64,000 nt of DNA, from positions 87,422,001 to 87,486,000 of the forward strand of contig NC_058368.1 of NCBI RefSeq assembly GCF_018350175.1. Reading direction: 5' to 3'. Numbering within the stretch: the stretch's first letter is position 1; every line of letters begins with the position of its first letter. The notes beneath the pieces were generated by a model, which did no database searches, was not told the origin of the DNA, and saw only the letters and a program-made list of their open reading frames with translations. Both the position numbers and the translations under genes were made by a program. Source of the DNA: Felis catus (taxonomy: Eukaryota). Positions 23,195-37,724 of the stretch are shown piece after piece.

Positions 23195-23591
23195 CTTGGG
23201 AGTGTTTTGACTACTGATTCAATTTCTTTGCTAGTTATGGGTCTGTACAAAATTTTCTATTTCTTCTTATTTCAGTTTTGATAGTCTATATGTTCTAGGA
23301 ATTCATTTATTTTTTCTAGGTGGTGCAATTTGTTACATATAGGTTTTCATAATATTCTCTCATAATTGTATTCCTGTGGTATTGGTTGATTCAACTTTAA
23401 ATTAATTAAAATTATCAGGTAAGTTCTAGCTGTACTAGTGGCATTTTGAGGACTCAATAAACACATGTCAGGAGAGCACAAAATAGGACATGTGCATCAA
23501 CCACACAGTTTTATTTGTTAGCCCTGGTCTGATTACTTGGAAGGGCTGCCTGGAACTTCTCTTGGTTGAGAACATTAAAAAATTAGATCCA

Positions 23592-23771
23592 GGGGTGCAT
23601 CAGCTCAGGTCATGATCTCATGTTTCATGAATTTAAGTCCCACATCAGTCTCTGTGCTGATAGTGTGGAGTCTGCTTTGGATTCTATCTCTTTCTATTTC
23701 TGCCCCTCCCCAACTTGCACTTTCTCTCTCTCTCAAAATAAATAAAATTTTTAAAAACTTAAAAAAAAAAA
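23592..23771 (+). mobile_element. CAN-SINE with head deletion
   Basis: GGGGTGCATCAGCTCAGGTCATGATCTC..., CT tract, A tail; TSD aaaaaattagat. Confidence 0.85.
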
Positions 23772-24097
23772 TTAGATGCATTAGAAGAACTGTAGAAATC
23801 TGCAACAGAAGGAACAATGATCCATGAGAGATGGAATTATTATTCTATCAGACACTAGGTAAATAGCTGAAAGTATATTTGGTACTACTTATTTTTTTTT
23901 AATATAAACATGCACTTACTAGTACATGTGTAGACAAATCGGGAAGAACTATATTTGAAACTACAAACATGAAGTAAAATAACACAGAGGATATTTATTT
24001 TGCATGTTAATTGAGAATGCTGTTATTTTGTACATTTCTTTATTGTTTTTTTTCCCAACAAGCATATATAACTTTGTAATTTAAAAAGAAAAAAAGA

Positions 24098-25565
<1,468 letters not shown>

Positions 25566-25566
<1 letters not shown>

Positions 25567-25596
25567 AAAAAAGAAAGAAAGAAAGAAAGAAAGAAC

Positions 25597-25640
<44 letters not shown>

Positions 25641-25698
25641 ACAAGAAAGAAAGAAAGAAAAGAAAAGAAAAGAAAAGAAAAGAAAAGAAAAGAAAAAA
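25566..25698. repeat. (GAAA)n/(GAAAA)n microsatellite derived from the retrocopy poly(A) tail
   Basis: Direct inspection; immediately follows the pseudogene polyadenylation site. Confidence 0.9.
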
Positions 25699-25848
25699 GG
25701 GCACCTGGCTGGCTCAGTCACTGAAGCATGTGAAATTGATCTCAGGGTTATAAGTTCAAGCCCTGTGTTGGGTGTAGAGATTACTTAAAAAGTAAAAATT
25801 TTTAAATAATACAATACAATACAATACAATACAATACAATACAATACA
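25699..25848 (+). mobile_element. Short CAN-SINE with (AATAC)n tail
   Basis: GGGCACCTGGCTGGCTCAG...GTTCAAGCCC; no CT tract. Confidence 0.82.
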
Positions 25849-26791
25849 GAGTGTGTTACCTAACCCATGTATCAAGTTAGTGCAACTTTGGTGGCCTCAA
25901 AATAGGATGATAGAGGTATCGGGGCTTCCCCACTTTTCCAGCCTCCATCAGTATACCAGTCCCATATCTAATAATGGCCTTTTTTCTCTTTCCCCAGTAG
26001 GTGCTAATTCTTTCTCCCACACTTTTTAATCCATGTCGAGGCATGAACTATAAAAGGCTAAGTATGTATTCTACCCTATAATGAGGGTAGAACTCACAGG
26101 ACTGGAGCAGATCCTTGAGACAGTCAGACCAGCATCTGTTGGTTGCCTTCTCCCTTAGTAACAGGACCCCAGTTTTGCACAAGTATCCACCTTTTCCCCA
26201 CAAGACTCAGGAAAAGTTAGCTCTGTCCTGCAACTCCAAGGGTCTATTCCAGTTTATATATTCCAATCATCAGACCCTGTTCTCCTAAGTATGATTTTTT
26301 TAAGGAATGGGCTAGTGAATAGGTCCTGTGAAGACCAAGATCACAGGAAAAAGAAAACAAAGTCTGAGCTCCTAAAAAATAATTTTGGTAATGTGTGGTC
26401 CTGTACTAGTAGAGGAGCTTACATTGGGGTATGATACCTGGAACTATCGAGGTCATTTTGTGGCTATGAGAGAGCATGAAATAGTAAGGATGGCAGAGTC
26501 AGAAATGGAAAGAGCGTGTTCACTGGAGCAACCAGCCCAACAATAAAATGCCTCAATATTTAAGCCAATTTCATATGTTTTTTCTGTTCCTGAGATCCAA
26601 AGGCCACAGGCATAATAGATGCCATCTTTCAGACATGACCAGTCTTCTCTGTGAGTTTCCATTTCCCTGGAGTTGACACTGAACTAAGAGTCACTAGTAC
26701 AGGTGCAACATTGCTGACAGGTTGTGGCTGTGATAATGGGTGGATGTATGTGCCCAAGGATTGCTAAATATTTCTCAAGAACACTCCTGCT

Positions 26792-26980
26792 GGGTAGTGC
26801 AGTCAGGTGAGCATCCCACTCTTGATTTCAGCTCAGGTCATGATCCTAGGATCATGGGATCAGACCCCATATTGGGCTCGGTGCTGAGTGTGGAGCCTGC
26901 TTAAGATCCTCTCTCTTTCTCCCTCTTCCCCCTCCTCCACTCACACTCTCTCTCTAAAATAAATAAAATAAATAAATATG
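26792..26980 (+). mobile_element. CAN-SINE
   Basis: SINE body; TSD aacactcctgct. Confidence 0.85.
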
Positions 26981-27369
26981 TATTTATTTTTGTGTTTATT
27001 TATTATTTATTTATGTTATATTTATTTATATATAACACTCCTGCTATCAGCCACTACCATGCGTTTACTATTTAATCCTCATAGGTTTCCCTGTGGCAAC
27101 ATGGCCACAAAATAAGGAGTTACCAGACAGCTCTGAATTTCAAGTTAGAATGATGGCCCTTAAACAAAGGATCTCTTATGACAGAAAATAGGCTTTTCTG
27201 AAAGAGAAAAGCTTTGTTGAGCTCCCAATAGCATGAGCATTCATGAATTCAGAAAATAAATTTTGCCCCATATACTATAACACAGGGAAGACAGTGAGGT
27301 AATGTAAGAACAATTTTAAAGAACATGAATATTTTAACGTGAAACTGAAATGGAGAAATGTAGAATCCC

Positions 27370-28170
27370 ATAAAGGTTAATTTAATGTGACAACTTGGCA
27401 AGGCCATGGTACCCAGATATTTGGTGAAGCACAAGTCTGGATGTTGCTGTGAATGTATCTTTTAGATAAAATTAACATTTAAATCAGTACTTTGAGGAAA
27501 GCAGATTACTTCCATAATGTGGGTGGGCCACATGTAATAAGTTGAAGGTCTTAAGAGAAAAGCAAGGGAGAAGGAATTCTTCCTGTAAGCTGACTTCAAA
27601 CTGAAAACTGCAACATCACTTCTTCCCTGGGTCTCTATCCTGCCTTGCAGATTTTGGACTTACCAGATTCTACAATTGCATGAGCCAATTCCTTAAAATC
27701 AAGAGAGAGAGAGAGAGAGAGAGGTAAATAAATACATATAGATTGATATAACAAAATATCATACCATAAAAGCGGTGGTTGAAAAAAATAAGCATTTATT
27801 TTTCACAGTTCTGGAGGCTGTATAGTCGAAGATGAAGTCAGCAGATTCAGTGTCTGATAAGGACCTATTTCTGGTTCATTGAAAACCATCTTTTTACTCT
27901 GTCCTCACATGGCAAGAGGAAGGAGGGATGTCTCTGAGATCTTATACCAGAGCTCTAAATACATTCTAATCAACTGAGCACTTCCCAAAGGCCTCATCTC
28001 CAAATACCATCTCACTGGGGATCAGGTTTCAACATATGTATTTTGGGGGAACACAAACATTCAGTTTATAGCATTGTATATGCATATAGTATTTATATAT
28101 ACACATGTACTTACATATATATGTATATATATATATCTCTTATTGGCTCTGTTTCCCATGATGAGGAATT
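27370..28170 (+). mobile_element. MLT2-type (ERVL) LTR with an inverted MLT1A-like LTR (~27735-28073) inside
   Basis: GGTTAATTTAATGTGACAACTTGG...CCCAGATATTTGG...GCAGATTAC (MLT2). CATTTATTTTTCACAGTTCTGGAGGCTG...TTTCAACATATGTATTTTGGGGG (reverse MLT1). Confidence 0.7.
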
Positions 28171-29424
28171 AACAGAAGATGCTAGTAGGTGGAGGGATCT
28201 GAAAGTAGAAGAAAGCATGCCTCGCTATCCCAAATGTAGGCCAGAAAGAGCACACAGCCCTCAGAGAAATCCCCTTTCAGAAACAAGGAAATGGTGTGGG
28301 AGATGCCAGGTGGGCAGACCATGACATATTCACAAACCCTTCGTGGCCCAGGCCCAAGGAGAGAGCATGCATTCTAGGACAACCAGAAGTCCTAAGGGGC
28401 CAGAGAGGAATGAGGACATGGTGCCCAACATAACTGGGAAGGAGACCAGTGGCTGAGACGGAGGGCAGACCAGGAGCTGCACACCTTCCCTCTATGAGGG
28501 AGAAGGGAAGAGACAGGAGTCACAGAGTGCCAAGGTTTCTAGGCTTTCCTGGAAAAACTACACTGTAAACTGCAAGCGACTGAAGCAAAACACCTGGCAG
28601 AAACGTGATGTGGCAGGGAGGGGCGGTGCTGCATGAAGACAAATGAGTTTTGGAAAATAAAGTTGTGAGTTTGCATTACTCTTTGTGAGTCCTTGGAGAA
28701 ATGCTGCTACCGTGCTCTTCCCTCATTTCAACAAGGGCTGTCTCTCTGGGGCCAGGACGGCCAGGGGCACCATATCCCCTTGGCTGTCACATCCCCAGTT
28801 GAGATGGATTTCTGTGGGTTTATGAGCCCGGGTGCTCCAGAGACCCCACTTCTTGAACCTCTACACCTGTGATATGGATTGAAGATTTGGCTGGTGGTAC
28901 CAAAAAGAAAAAAGTTGTCAATTCCTGCTTTATAAAAGATGAGCCCTCCACATGAACATCCTGTGCACCGTATGTGGAGAAGATTGTTTTGTTCCCATTT
29001 AACCTTTGTCTGCGCTTATAAGCCTGTCTCTACATTTACTCTTTACAAGGAGGTTTAGAGTCAGAGACCCTAGCCATGTATGGCCTCATCTACTTTGAAG
29101 TGATGCCCCCTCTTACTGCTCCCCAACATTTCTGGAAGACACATTCCAAGTTAGAGCAAATTGGGAGCTTTTGTTGCAAACTTGGAACTAGAAGGGAAAT
29201 ATAAACATTCTGAAAGAAAAACAGATAAACTTCTCAGAAGTAGTAGGTGGTATGGCATGATTTTATGAGCCCTACTTCCATTGACTAAAAACTAGTGACT
29301 GAGCCATTTATAGTTTATTTTAAAATTTTTCACATGAGAGAAGGTCAATTCAATCCCTTCGAGACTTTTATTTTCCCCATGCATATTTTTTGGTGCCTTT
29401 TCTAATGTTGTCTCCTTTTTTAGT

Positions 29425-29705
29425 CAAACAAGCAAAGAGTGGCAGCGGGGAGAGAGAGCCAAACCAAAAACCAAACTCAACTGTAGAGAACAAACTGATG
29501 GTTACCAAGGGGGAAGTGGGGGGATGGGTTAAATAAGTGATGGGGATGAAGGAGGGCACTTTGGGGTAGCTGGGTGGCTCAGCCTGTTAAGCATCCAGCT
29601 CCTGATTTTGGCTCAGGTCATGATCTCACATTTCATGTGTTCTAGCCCCGTGTTAGGTTTTGTGCTAACAGTGCAGAGCCTGCTTGGGATTTTCTCTCTC
29701 TCTGC

Positions 29706-29739
<34 letters not shown>

Positions 29740-29920
29740 GTGTCTGTCTCTGTCTCAAAATAAATAAATCAATAAGCTTTAAAAAAGGGCACTTGTAGTG
29801 AGTACCAGGCATTTCATGCAAGTGTTGAATCACTATATTGTACACCTGAAACTAATATTTCACTGGATGCTAACCATACTGGAATTTAAATAAAAACTTA
29901 AGCAAAATAAAATAAAATGT
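29425..29920 (+). mobile_element. Carnivore L1 3' end with inserted CAN-SINE (29563-29790)
   Basis: GAGAACAAACTGATGGTTACC...TGTACACCTGAAACTAATATT; SINE TSD agggcactt. Confidence 0.85.
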
Positions 29921-30264
29921 TTAGTTAATTCTTCCTTAGGAAGCAAAGGCAAATATTAAGCCTCACAGTGTACTTACTTTTTTAAATTAGTTGCCAACAT
30001 ATGAAATCAGAGATTTTCCATGAAACAGATTTCAGTTCTCTATCTAAAACTAAGAATTTTGGAACCAATCCAATCACTGTTCCATCAACAGACAAGGAGC
30101 CAGGAGCTAGGAGAGCCCCGCTGAGCCAGAGTTCAATTCTTTAGTTTTCTGCAGTCTCCATCCTCCTCTGCTACCTCAGAGACTCTGTCCGCACCTCTCA
30201 TTTATATTGCCTGCTAGGAACTGTAAGATTGTGAATCCCCAGTTCCTTACTCTAAGCCATATCT

Positions 30265-30454
30265 TTTTTTTTCTTTTCCAGATTTATTGAAATATAATTG
30301 ATTAATAATTGATAATTGATTGACTGAATATTAATAATGTGTAAGTTTAAGATGTAAGATGTATAGCATGCTGTGTTGATATCCATATGTATTGTGAAAT
30401 AATTACCACAGCAAAGTCAGTTAACATATCCATCACTTAACATAGTTATCCATA

Positions 30455-30493
<39 letters not shown>

Positions 30494-30630
30494 TGAGGAC
30501 ATTTACAATTACTGGTCTAACAAATTTCAAGTATACAATACAGTGTTATTAACTATAATCATCATGCTGTACATAAGTACTGGGGAGTACCTACTCATCT
30601 TATAAGTGAAAGTCCTACCTCTAAACAAAA
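30265..30630 (-). mobile_element. Old L1MA-type 3' end with (TG)n
   Basis: TTTATTGAAATATAATTG...TCAAGTATACAATACAGTGTTATTAACTATA. Confidence 0.7.
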
Positions 30631-30724
30631 TTGAAAATAAATATTTCAAGTTTCTTCATCAGAAAGAAAGGATATTTGGTAAAGTTCAGTTATATGTCAG
30701 AAGAAAACAGTTATCTTAGTACAC

Positions 30725-31456
30725 AGTGACAGTGTTATTCACAATAGCCAAAATATGGAAACAGCCCAAGTGTCACACTGACTGATGAATGAGCAGGTCA
30801 ACAAAACATATTCTATACACACCCCCCACCGTGGAATAGTATTCAGCCTCCAAAAGGAAGGAAGCTCTGGGGGCTCAGTTGGATGGGCATCTGACTTCAG
30901 CTCATGTCATGCCCTTGTGGTTTCTGGGCTTGAGCCCCACATTGGGCTCTGTGCTGATGGCTCGGAGCCTGGAGCCTGCTTCAGATCTGTCTCCTGCTCT
31001 CTGCCTCTACCCTGCTCATGCTCTATCTCTCTCTCAAAATAAATACATAAACATTTAAAAAAATTTTTAAACAAAAAAAAAAAAGGAAGGGCACTCTGAC
31101 ATAGGCTGCAACGTGAACAGTGAGGACATCATGCTAAATGAAACAAGCTGGTTGCAAAGGACAAATACTGAATGATTCCATTTATATAAGGTTTCTACAA
31201 CAGTCAAATTCACAGAAACAGAAAAAATAGTGGTTGACAAGGACCAAGGGGATATGGGAGTTATTTAATGGGTACAGAGTTTCAGTCTGGTTGGTGGAAA
31301 TGGTTGCACAAAAATGTGAAAACACAGGGTGCCTGGGTGGCTCAGTCAGTTATGCATCCAACTCTTGGTTTCAGCTCAGGTCATAATCTCACAGTTCATG
31401 AGACTGAGACCCACATCAGGCTCTGTGCTGACACTGTGGAGTCTCCTTGGGATTCT

Positions 31457-31492
<36 letters not shown>

Positions 31493-31845
31493 ATAAATAC
31501 ATAAACTTTTAAAAAATAATAATGTGAATATATATAACACTCCTGAACTATACAGTGAAAAACTGGTTTAAATGGTAAATTAAGGGACACCTGAGTGGCT
31601 CATCGGTTGGGTGACCGACTTCGGCTCAGGTCATGATCTCATGGTTTGTGAGTTTGAGTCCTGCATTGGGCTCTGTGCTGACAGCTCAGAGCCTGGAGCC
31701 TGCTTTGGATTCTGTGTCTCCCTCTCTCTCTGCCCCTCCCCCATTCATACTCTGTCTCTCTCTGTCTCTCAATAACAAATAAATGTTAAAAAAAATTTAA
31801 TGGTAAATTTATGTTATCTATGTTTTCCACAATTAAAAAAAGAAA
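30725..31845 (+). mobile_element. L1MB-type 3' fragment carrying three CAN-SINEs (30868-31083, 31327-31518, 31583-31797)
   Basis: L1 3' motifs; outer TSD agaaaacagttat; SINE TSDs aaaaggaagg, aatgtgaa, aatggtaaatt. Confidence 0.85.
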
Positions 31846-32938
31846 AAGAAAACAGTTATTTTGTACATTTCCACCTTCCATTTTCTCTCTCACTTAGCCC
31901 AGAAGAGAGTAAATAGGAGTGTAGCATAAATGCTACTTTTAACACTCAGAAAGCTAAAATTAAGCAATTATATTTCACTTATCACATACACCTGTATAAA
32001 TTGCAGATGGATTGAATACATAAAATTTGTATGTAAGCATAGAGAAAAGACTGGAAAATAGACACACTGAACAGTTTTGCCTCTTACATCATCCCTAAAA
32101 GAAGTTACTGGGTGGGGGAAGATATTTCTATGTCATGCAGCTCTGTATTGCCTCTGTTATAAAGTAGTTCAATGGCTTTTTAAAAATAATAATAAAGTAA
32201 GCTTAAAAGGCTTCCTGTTAAAAAGGGCAGAGGAGAAACCTCCAACCCTTGTGTCATCTCTGAAATCAACCAAGAATAGGAAAGAGAAACAGAAAAAAAA
32301 ACTTCCACTTCTATGAAGTCACCCAGGCACCTGGAGTTGATGGGGTGGGGTGGGGCAGAGGGAGGGAGACCCTCTGCAGGAAACAAAGGGAATTCAGGGT
32401 TTTCCAGAGTAGGGAACACACACAAGTGGGAGGGAGCCCCTCCAGCCCCACCCTCATTGGAACCATAAGGTCTAGGTGCCAGGCAAACCTCTGAACATCT
32501 TTGAACTCTGTGTGCCCCAGTACTGGCAGGCTTTGGGGATGTACAGAAACACACCTTTTTCAATAGCGGGTACCTGTTTCCAGTGTGGAGTGAAATTGTA
32601 AGACAGTAGAAACCCAACCCATACTGATGCTAGTCAGCTGAGAAGTCCAAGTTAAATCACCCAAAATGTGTGGCATTTGAGTTTGATGTGAGTCCAGGAT
32701 ACTTCTTGTTATTCAGGAGGGAACCACACCCAGCAGAGAGGGGTTGTAATTGCTATTGGTGCCAAACGGAAAGGACCTACAGATGCTACTAGGCTGTGTT
32801 GCCTGCACTCACTAGAGAAAATCAAGATGATGCTTTTTCCCATCCAAGCTCACAGGCCCCTGAGCTATAGTCACAGAATCCTTGAGGATATGTGAGAGTC
32901 CTTTCCCAAAAAACTTTTTTAAAAACAGCTACATGAAT

Positions 32939-33528
32939 GGCGTCTGGGTGGCTCAGTCGGATGAGCGTCTGACTCCAGCTCAGGTCGTGATCTCATGGCT
33001 TGTGGGTTCAGAGCCCCACACTGGGCTCTGTGCTGACAGCTCAGAGCCTGGAGCCTGCTTCAGATTCTGTGTCTCTCTCTCTCCCCATCCCCCGTTCATG
33101 CTCTGTCTCTCTCTTCTCAACAATAAAGACAAACAAACAAAAGCAGCTACATGAAGGGCACCTGGGTGGCTCAGTAGGTTAAGCCTGGAACCTACTTCAG
33201 ATTCTGTGTCTCCCTGTCTCTCTGTGTCCCCCACCCCAGCTAACACTCTGTCTCTCAAAAATAAATAAACATTAAAAAAAATTTTTTAAAGAGCTACATG
33301 AGGGGCACCTTACTCGGTTGAGTATCCAACTCCTGATTTCAGCTCAGCTCATGAACCCAGGGTTGTAAGATCAAGCTCCGCATTGGGATCTGCACTGACA
33401 TCATGGAGCCTGCTTGGGACTCTCTCTCTGCCCCTTCACCCATTCACACTCTCTCAAAATAAATAAATAAACATTAATAACAATAAAATAAAATAATAAA
33501 ATAAAATAAAATAAAATAAAATAAAAAA
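32939..33528 (+). mobile_element. Three tandem CAN-SINEs (32939-33143, 33156-33290 internally deleted, 33302-33528)
   Basis: Three heads and tails, each preceded by agctacatga. Confidence 0.9.
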
Positions 33529-33727
33529 GAGCTACACCAGGAAAAATTCTGTTGTTTCAAAGAAAAGTGATTTTCTTTTAAGGAACCATCATGAAAACTA
33601 TGTAAACATAATTTAGGATCAGAAAACAAAAGGAGAAAAGGCATATCTGGCAAACAAAGATAATGAAGAACACTCAAATACAGTAAGTAGGATGCCACAA
33701 AGTATGTAAAAATAATGCAATGGGCAT

Positions 33728-34035
33728 GATAGTGGCCCCCACACATGTCTACATGCTAATCTTCATAAACCAGGAATATGTTATGTTATATGGCCACTGG
33801 GAATTAAGGCAGTGGATGGAATTAAGCTTGCTAATCAGTTGTCCTTAAATTAGGGAGAGTACCCTGGATATTTCAGGTGGGTTTAATATAATCACAGGGT
33901 CCTTAAGAGGAGAAGAAAGGGATGGAAGACTTCAGAGTGATTCCTTGTGAGGATGATTCATGGAGGAGGACTCTGGAAGCTGGAAAAGACAAGGAAGGAA
34001 TTTTCCCCTAGAGCCTCCAGAAAGGAACACAGCCA
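33728..34035 (+). mobile_element. MLT1D/E-like MaLR LTR
   Basis: GGCCCCC...GAATATGTTATGTTATATGGC...GGAATTAAGCTTGCTAATCAG...CCCCTAGAGCCTCCAGAAAGGAACACAGCC. Confidence 0.7.
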
Positions 34036-34039
34036 TTAA

Positions 34040-34758
34040 AAAGTTTTTGCACAAAAAGGCAACTTATTGAGTGGGAGAAGATATTTGTAAATGATATATC
34101 TGATAAGGGGTTAATATCTACATACATAAAGTACTTCTAGAACTCAACACCAAAAATAAATAAATAAAATAAAAATAATCTGATTAAAAAGGGCCAGAGG
34201 ACCTGAATAAACATTTTCTCCAAAGAAGACACCCAGATGGCTAACAGACACATGAAGAGATGCTCAACATCACTCATTGTCAAAGAAATACAAGTCAAAA
34301 CTACAATGATGGGGCACCTGGATGGCTCAGTTGGTTAAGCGTCCAACTCTTGGTTTCAGCTCAGGTCATGATCTCACAGTTCCTGAGTCCAGGTCCAAGC
34401 TAACAATGTGGAGCCTGCCTGGGATTCTCTTTCTCCCTCTCTCTCTGCCCCTCCCCAACATGTTCTCTCTCTCTCTCTCCCTCAATAAATAAATAAACCT
34501 AAAAAAAAAAAAAACTATGAGAATGCAAACTGGTGCAGCCACTCTTGAAAACAGTATGGAGCTTCCTAAAAAAAATTAAAAATAGATTTACCCTAAGACC
34601 CAGCAATTGCACTACTAGGTATTTATCCAAGGGATACAGGTGTGTTGTTTTGAAGGGACACATGCACCCCAATGTTTATAGCAGCACTATCAACAATAGC
34701 CAAAGTATGGAAAGAGCCCAAATGTCCATCGATGGATGAATGGATAAAGAAGATGTGG

Positions 34759-34814
<56 letters not shown>

Positions 34815-35775
34815 AGAGCATTACTCGGCAATCAAAAAGAATGAAATCTTGCCATTTGCAAGTACTTGGATGGAACTATAGGGTATTATGCTAAGCGAAA
34901 TTAGTCCGAGAAAGACAAATATCATACGACTTCACTCATATGAGGACTTTAGGAGACAAAACAGATGGGGGTGCCTGGGTGGCTCAGTTGGTTAAGCATC
35001 TGACTTCAGCTCAGGTCATGATCTCACAGTTCGTGGGTTTGAGCCCTGCGTCAGGCTCTGTGCCAACAGCTCAGAGCCTGGAGCCTGCTTCAGATTCTGT
35101 GTGTCTCTCTCTCTCCCTCCCATGCTCATGATCTCTCTCTCTCTCTCTCTCTCTCTCTAATAAATAAACATTTAAAAAAGAGAGACAAGACAGATGAACA
35201 TAAGGGAAGAGAAGCAAAAATAATATAAGAACAGGGAGGGGGACAAAATATAAGAGACTCTTAAATATGGACAGCAAACAGAGGGTTACTAGAAGGGTTG
35301 TGGGAGGGGAGTGGGTTAAATGGGTAAGGGGCATTGAGGCATCTACCCCTGAATTCACTGTTGCAATATATGCTAACTAACTTGGATGTAAATTTAAAAA
35401 AATAAATAAACATGGTTAAAATTTTTTTTAAAAAGTTCAAAAAAACCCAACAACTACAATGAGATATCACTTCACACCTGTCAGATTGGTTAAAAAATTT
35501 TTTTACATTTATTTATTTTTGAGAAACAGAGACAAAGTGTGAGTGGGGGAGGGGCAGAGAGAGAAGGAGACACAGAATCTGAAGCAGGCTCCAGCTTCTG
35601 AGCAAGTGGTCAGCACAGAGCCTGATGCGGGGCGCAGACCCACAAACTGTGAGATCATGACCTAAGCTGAAGTCAGACACTCAACTGACTGAGCCACCCA
35701 GGCGCCCCAAGATTGGCTAAAATTAACAGGACAAGAAACAACAAGTGTTGGAGAGGATGTAGAGAAAAAAGAGAT
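34040..35775 (+). mobile_element. Nested L1 fragments with CAN-SINEs (34311-34514 +, 34967-35180 +, 35498-35708 -); inner carnivore L1 3' end 34520-35450
   Basis: ORF2 C-terminal fragments (FIAALSTIAKVWKEPKCPSMDEWIKKMW); TSDs aactacaatga, agacaa(a/g)acagatg, agattgg(t/c)taaaa. Confidence 0.85.
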
Positions 35776-36112
35776 CCAATATATACATAAATTTTGTCCC
35801 TGAAGACAAGAGCAAATGCAATAGAAAAAAACTTCAAAACAAATCAAAGACTTAAAGACAACTTTCCTAAAATAAAGTCATGCTTAAATCTACCAATTGA
35901 AAAGGCACAATATGTCTCATGGAAAAATGATTCAGGATGTACAGTATTTGGGCATATCTTTCAAAGACTGAGAAATAATCCAATAGGCAAAAGCAAACAG
36001 CTAAAGGCATTTATAAAGGATAACAATCAAGTTGCCCACAGACTTGATCAAAATCTTAGCATCATTTAACCGAAATCTTACAGCAAAGTTTGGCTTAAGA
36101 ATTGTATATGCA

Positions 36113-36241
36113 GGGGCACCTGGATGGCTCAGTCAGGTGGCTGAGTCTTGGTCTCAGTTCACATCTTGGTCTCAGGGTCGTGAGTTCGAGCCCCGCGCTG
36201 GGCTCTGTGCTGGGAATAAAGCCTACTTAAAAAAAAAAAAA
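36113..36241 (+). mobile_element. Short CAN-SINE
   Basis: tRNA-like head with B-box GAGTTCGAGCCC, A tail; TSD aaga(a/c)ttgtatat. Confidence 0.8.
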
Positions 36242-37371
36242 GGAAGAAGACTTGTATATATTCAGTCAATTCATTTAAGCAAACAGTAGTCAAGAAAAAC
36301 ATTTTTAATACATAAGAACCTTAAAAATACCATCCCAATGCCTGTTTTTTTGGAAAAGGAGGGGAACCCCCCCAACACACACACAACCTTGTTAAAGTAA
36401 AACCTTAACGCCAACCTGTAACAAAAGAGAAAATATTGTAAAATGACACAGCAACTGAATTTGTTTTCATACTTTTGAAATTAAATTCCACTGTAATCAT
36501 TTATACACATGATTTTAAAAAGCACGCAGTAGTCTAACCCTTATGTGGGAACAATACTAGTTAAACCCACTTTCTACCATCTCTATGGGGGGTGTTTTTA
36601 TATCAGGTTAAGGTGCTCATTCCCAGCCTCCCTCACAGACAGGAGCGGCCATCTGTCTGTCACAATCCTGGCCCAGGACATTGTAGCCGAAGTTCTTGAG
36701 TTCCTTTTTAGAAAGCTCTTATGAATGTTCCACATGCAGAGAAGTTCCTGCACTGGGACCTGCTGGACTTCACCCTGTGGACCTCCTCATCTGGCTGTCC
36801 GACTGTATCCTTTATAAGAAACCAACTGATAGATGATGGAAGGTTGGGGCTGGACAGAGCACCGGGGGTTTGCACCCCTATGAGCAGAGAGGCTGCAAAA
36901 GAACCAGATCATGAGGACACTGGATATGCTCTAAGCTGCACCATCTGCAAATCAGCAAATGTCTCTGAGGAGGAAAGTGGCTAACAATGCTGGGCTCATC
37001 TCCTGGTGATTCCTTCTGGTCAGGATCTCAGCCCTTCAAGTCCTGCCTGCCTTGTTCGCTGACCGTCAAACAGCCATGTGTTTATAAATCAAGCTTTTAG
37101 AGTCCCTCTTGGTGCAAGGTTTTGTATGATATTTGCTATTCATCATAGCCAGAAGCAGAAGTTTTGCTTTACACGGAGACTTTGCTTTTCCATGCAAGGA
37201 GTTTCAAGATTATGATTAAAAATTAAATGGTCTAATAAATACCATGAGTATTATAAGGGGGAAAAAATTTACAGTGTTTCACTTCTAGAATGGTACTGTG
37301 AGGAGCCCCAAAGACCCATTCTCAAGACAAATAACCACAACTGGTAAAAATTGTAAAAACAACAATCACTT

Positions 37372-37550
37372 GGGGCACTTCCTTGGGTGGCTCAGGCGGT
37401 TAAGCTTTCGACTTCTGCTCAGGTCGTGATCTCACAGTTTGTGGGTTCAAGCCCCATGTTGTGTTCTGTGCTGACAGCTCAGAGCCTAGAGCCTGCTTTA
37501 GATTCTGTGTCTCCCTCTCTCTCTGCCCCTCTCCAGAGTGCAGAGATGAA

Positions 37551-37581
<31 letters not shown>

Positions 37582-37595
37582 CACTTTAAAAATAT
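37372..37595 (+). mobile_element. CAN-SINE
   Basis: Head, CT tract, (TAAA)n tail. Confidence 0.88.
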
Positions 37596-37679
37596 ATTAC
37601 AAAAATAAAATTTTCTGAAAATTGTCCTAAAGGTAGATAGCAAACAAAGAAGGGTTTACTCAAGAAAATCCGGTAAATC

Positions 37680-37681
37680 TT

Positions 37682-37724
<43 letters not shown>

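Noticed and set aside
28180..28710. Possible ancient LTR (AATAAA near 28656); also MLT-like traces at 26080-26700 and 36590-36790
   Set aside because: Too degenerate to assign family or boundaries by eye.
32927..33536. CRISPR-like repeat-spacer pattern
   Set aside because: Mammalian DNA; the repeats are target-site duplications between SINEs.
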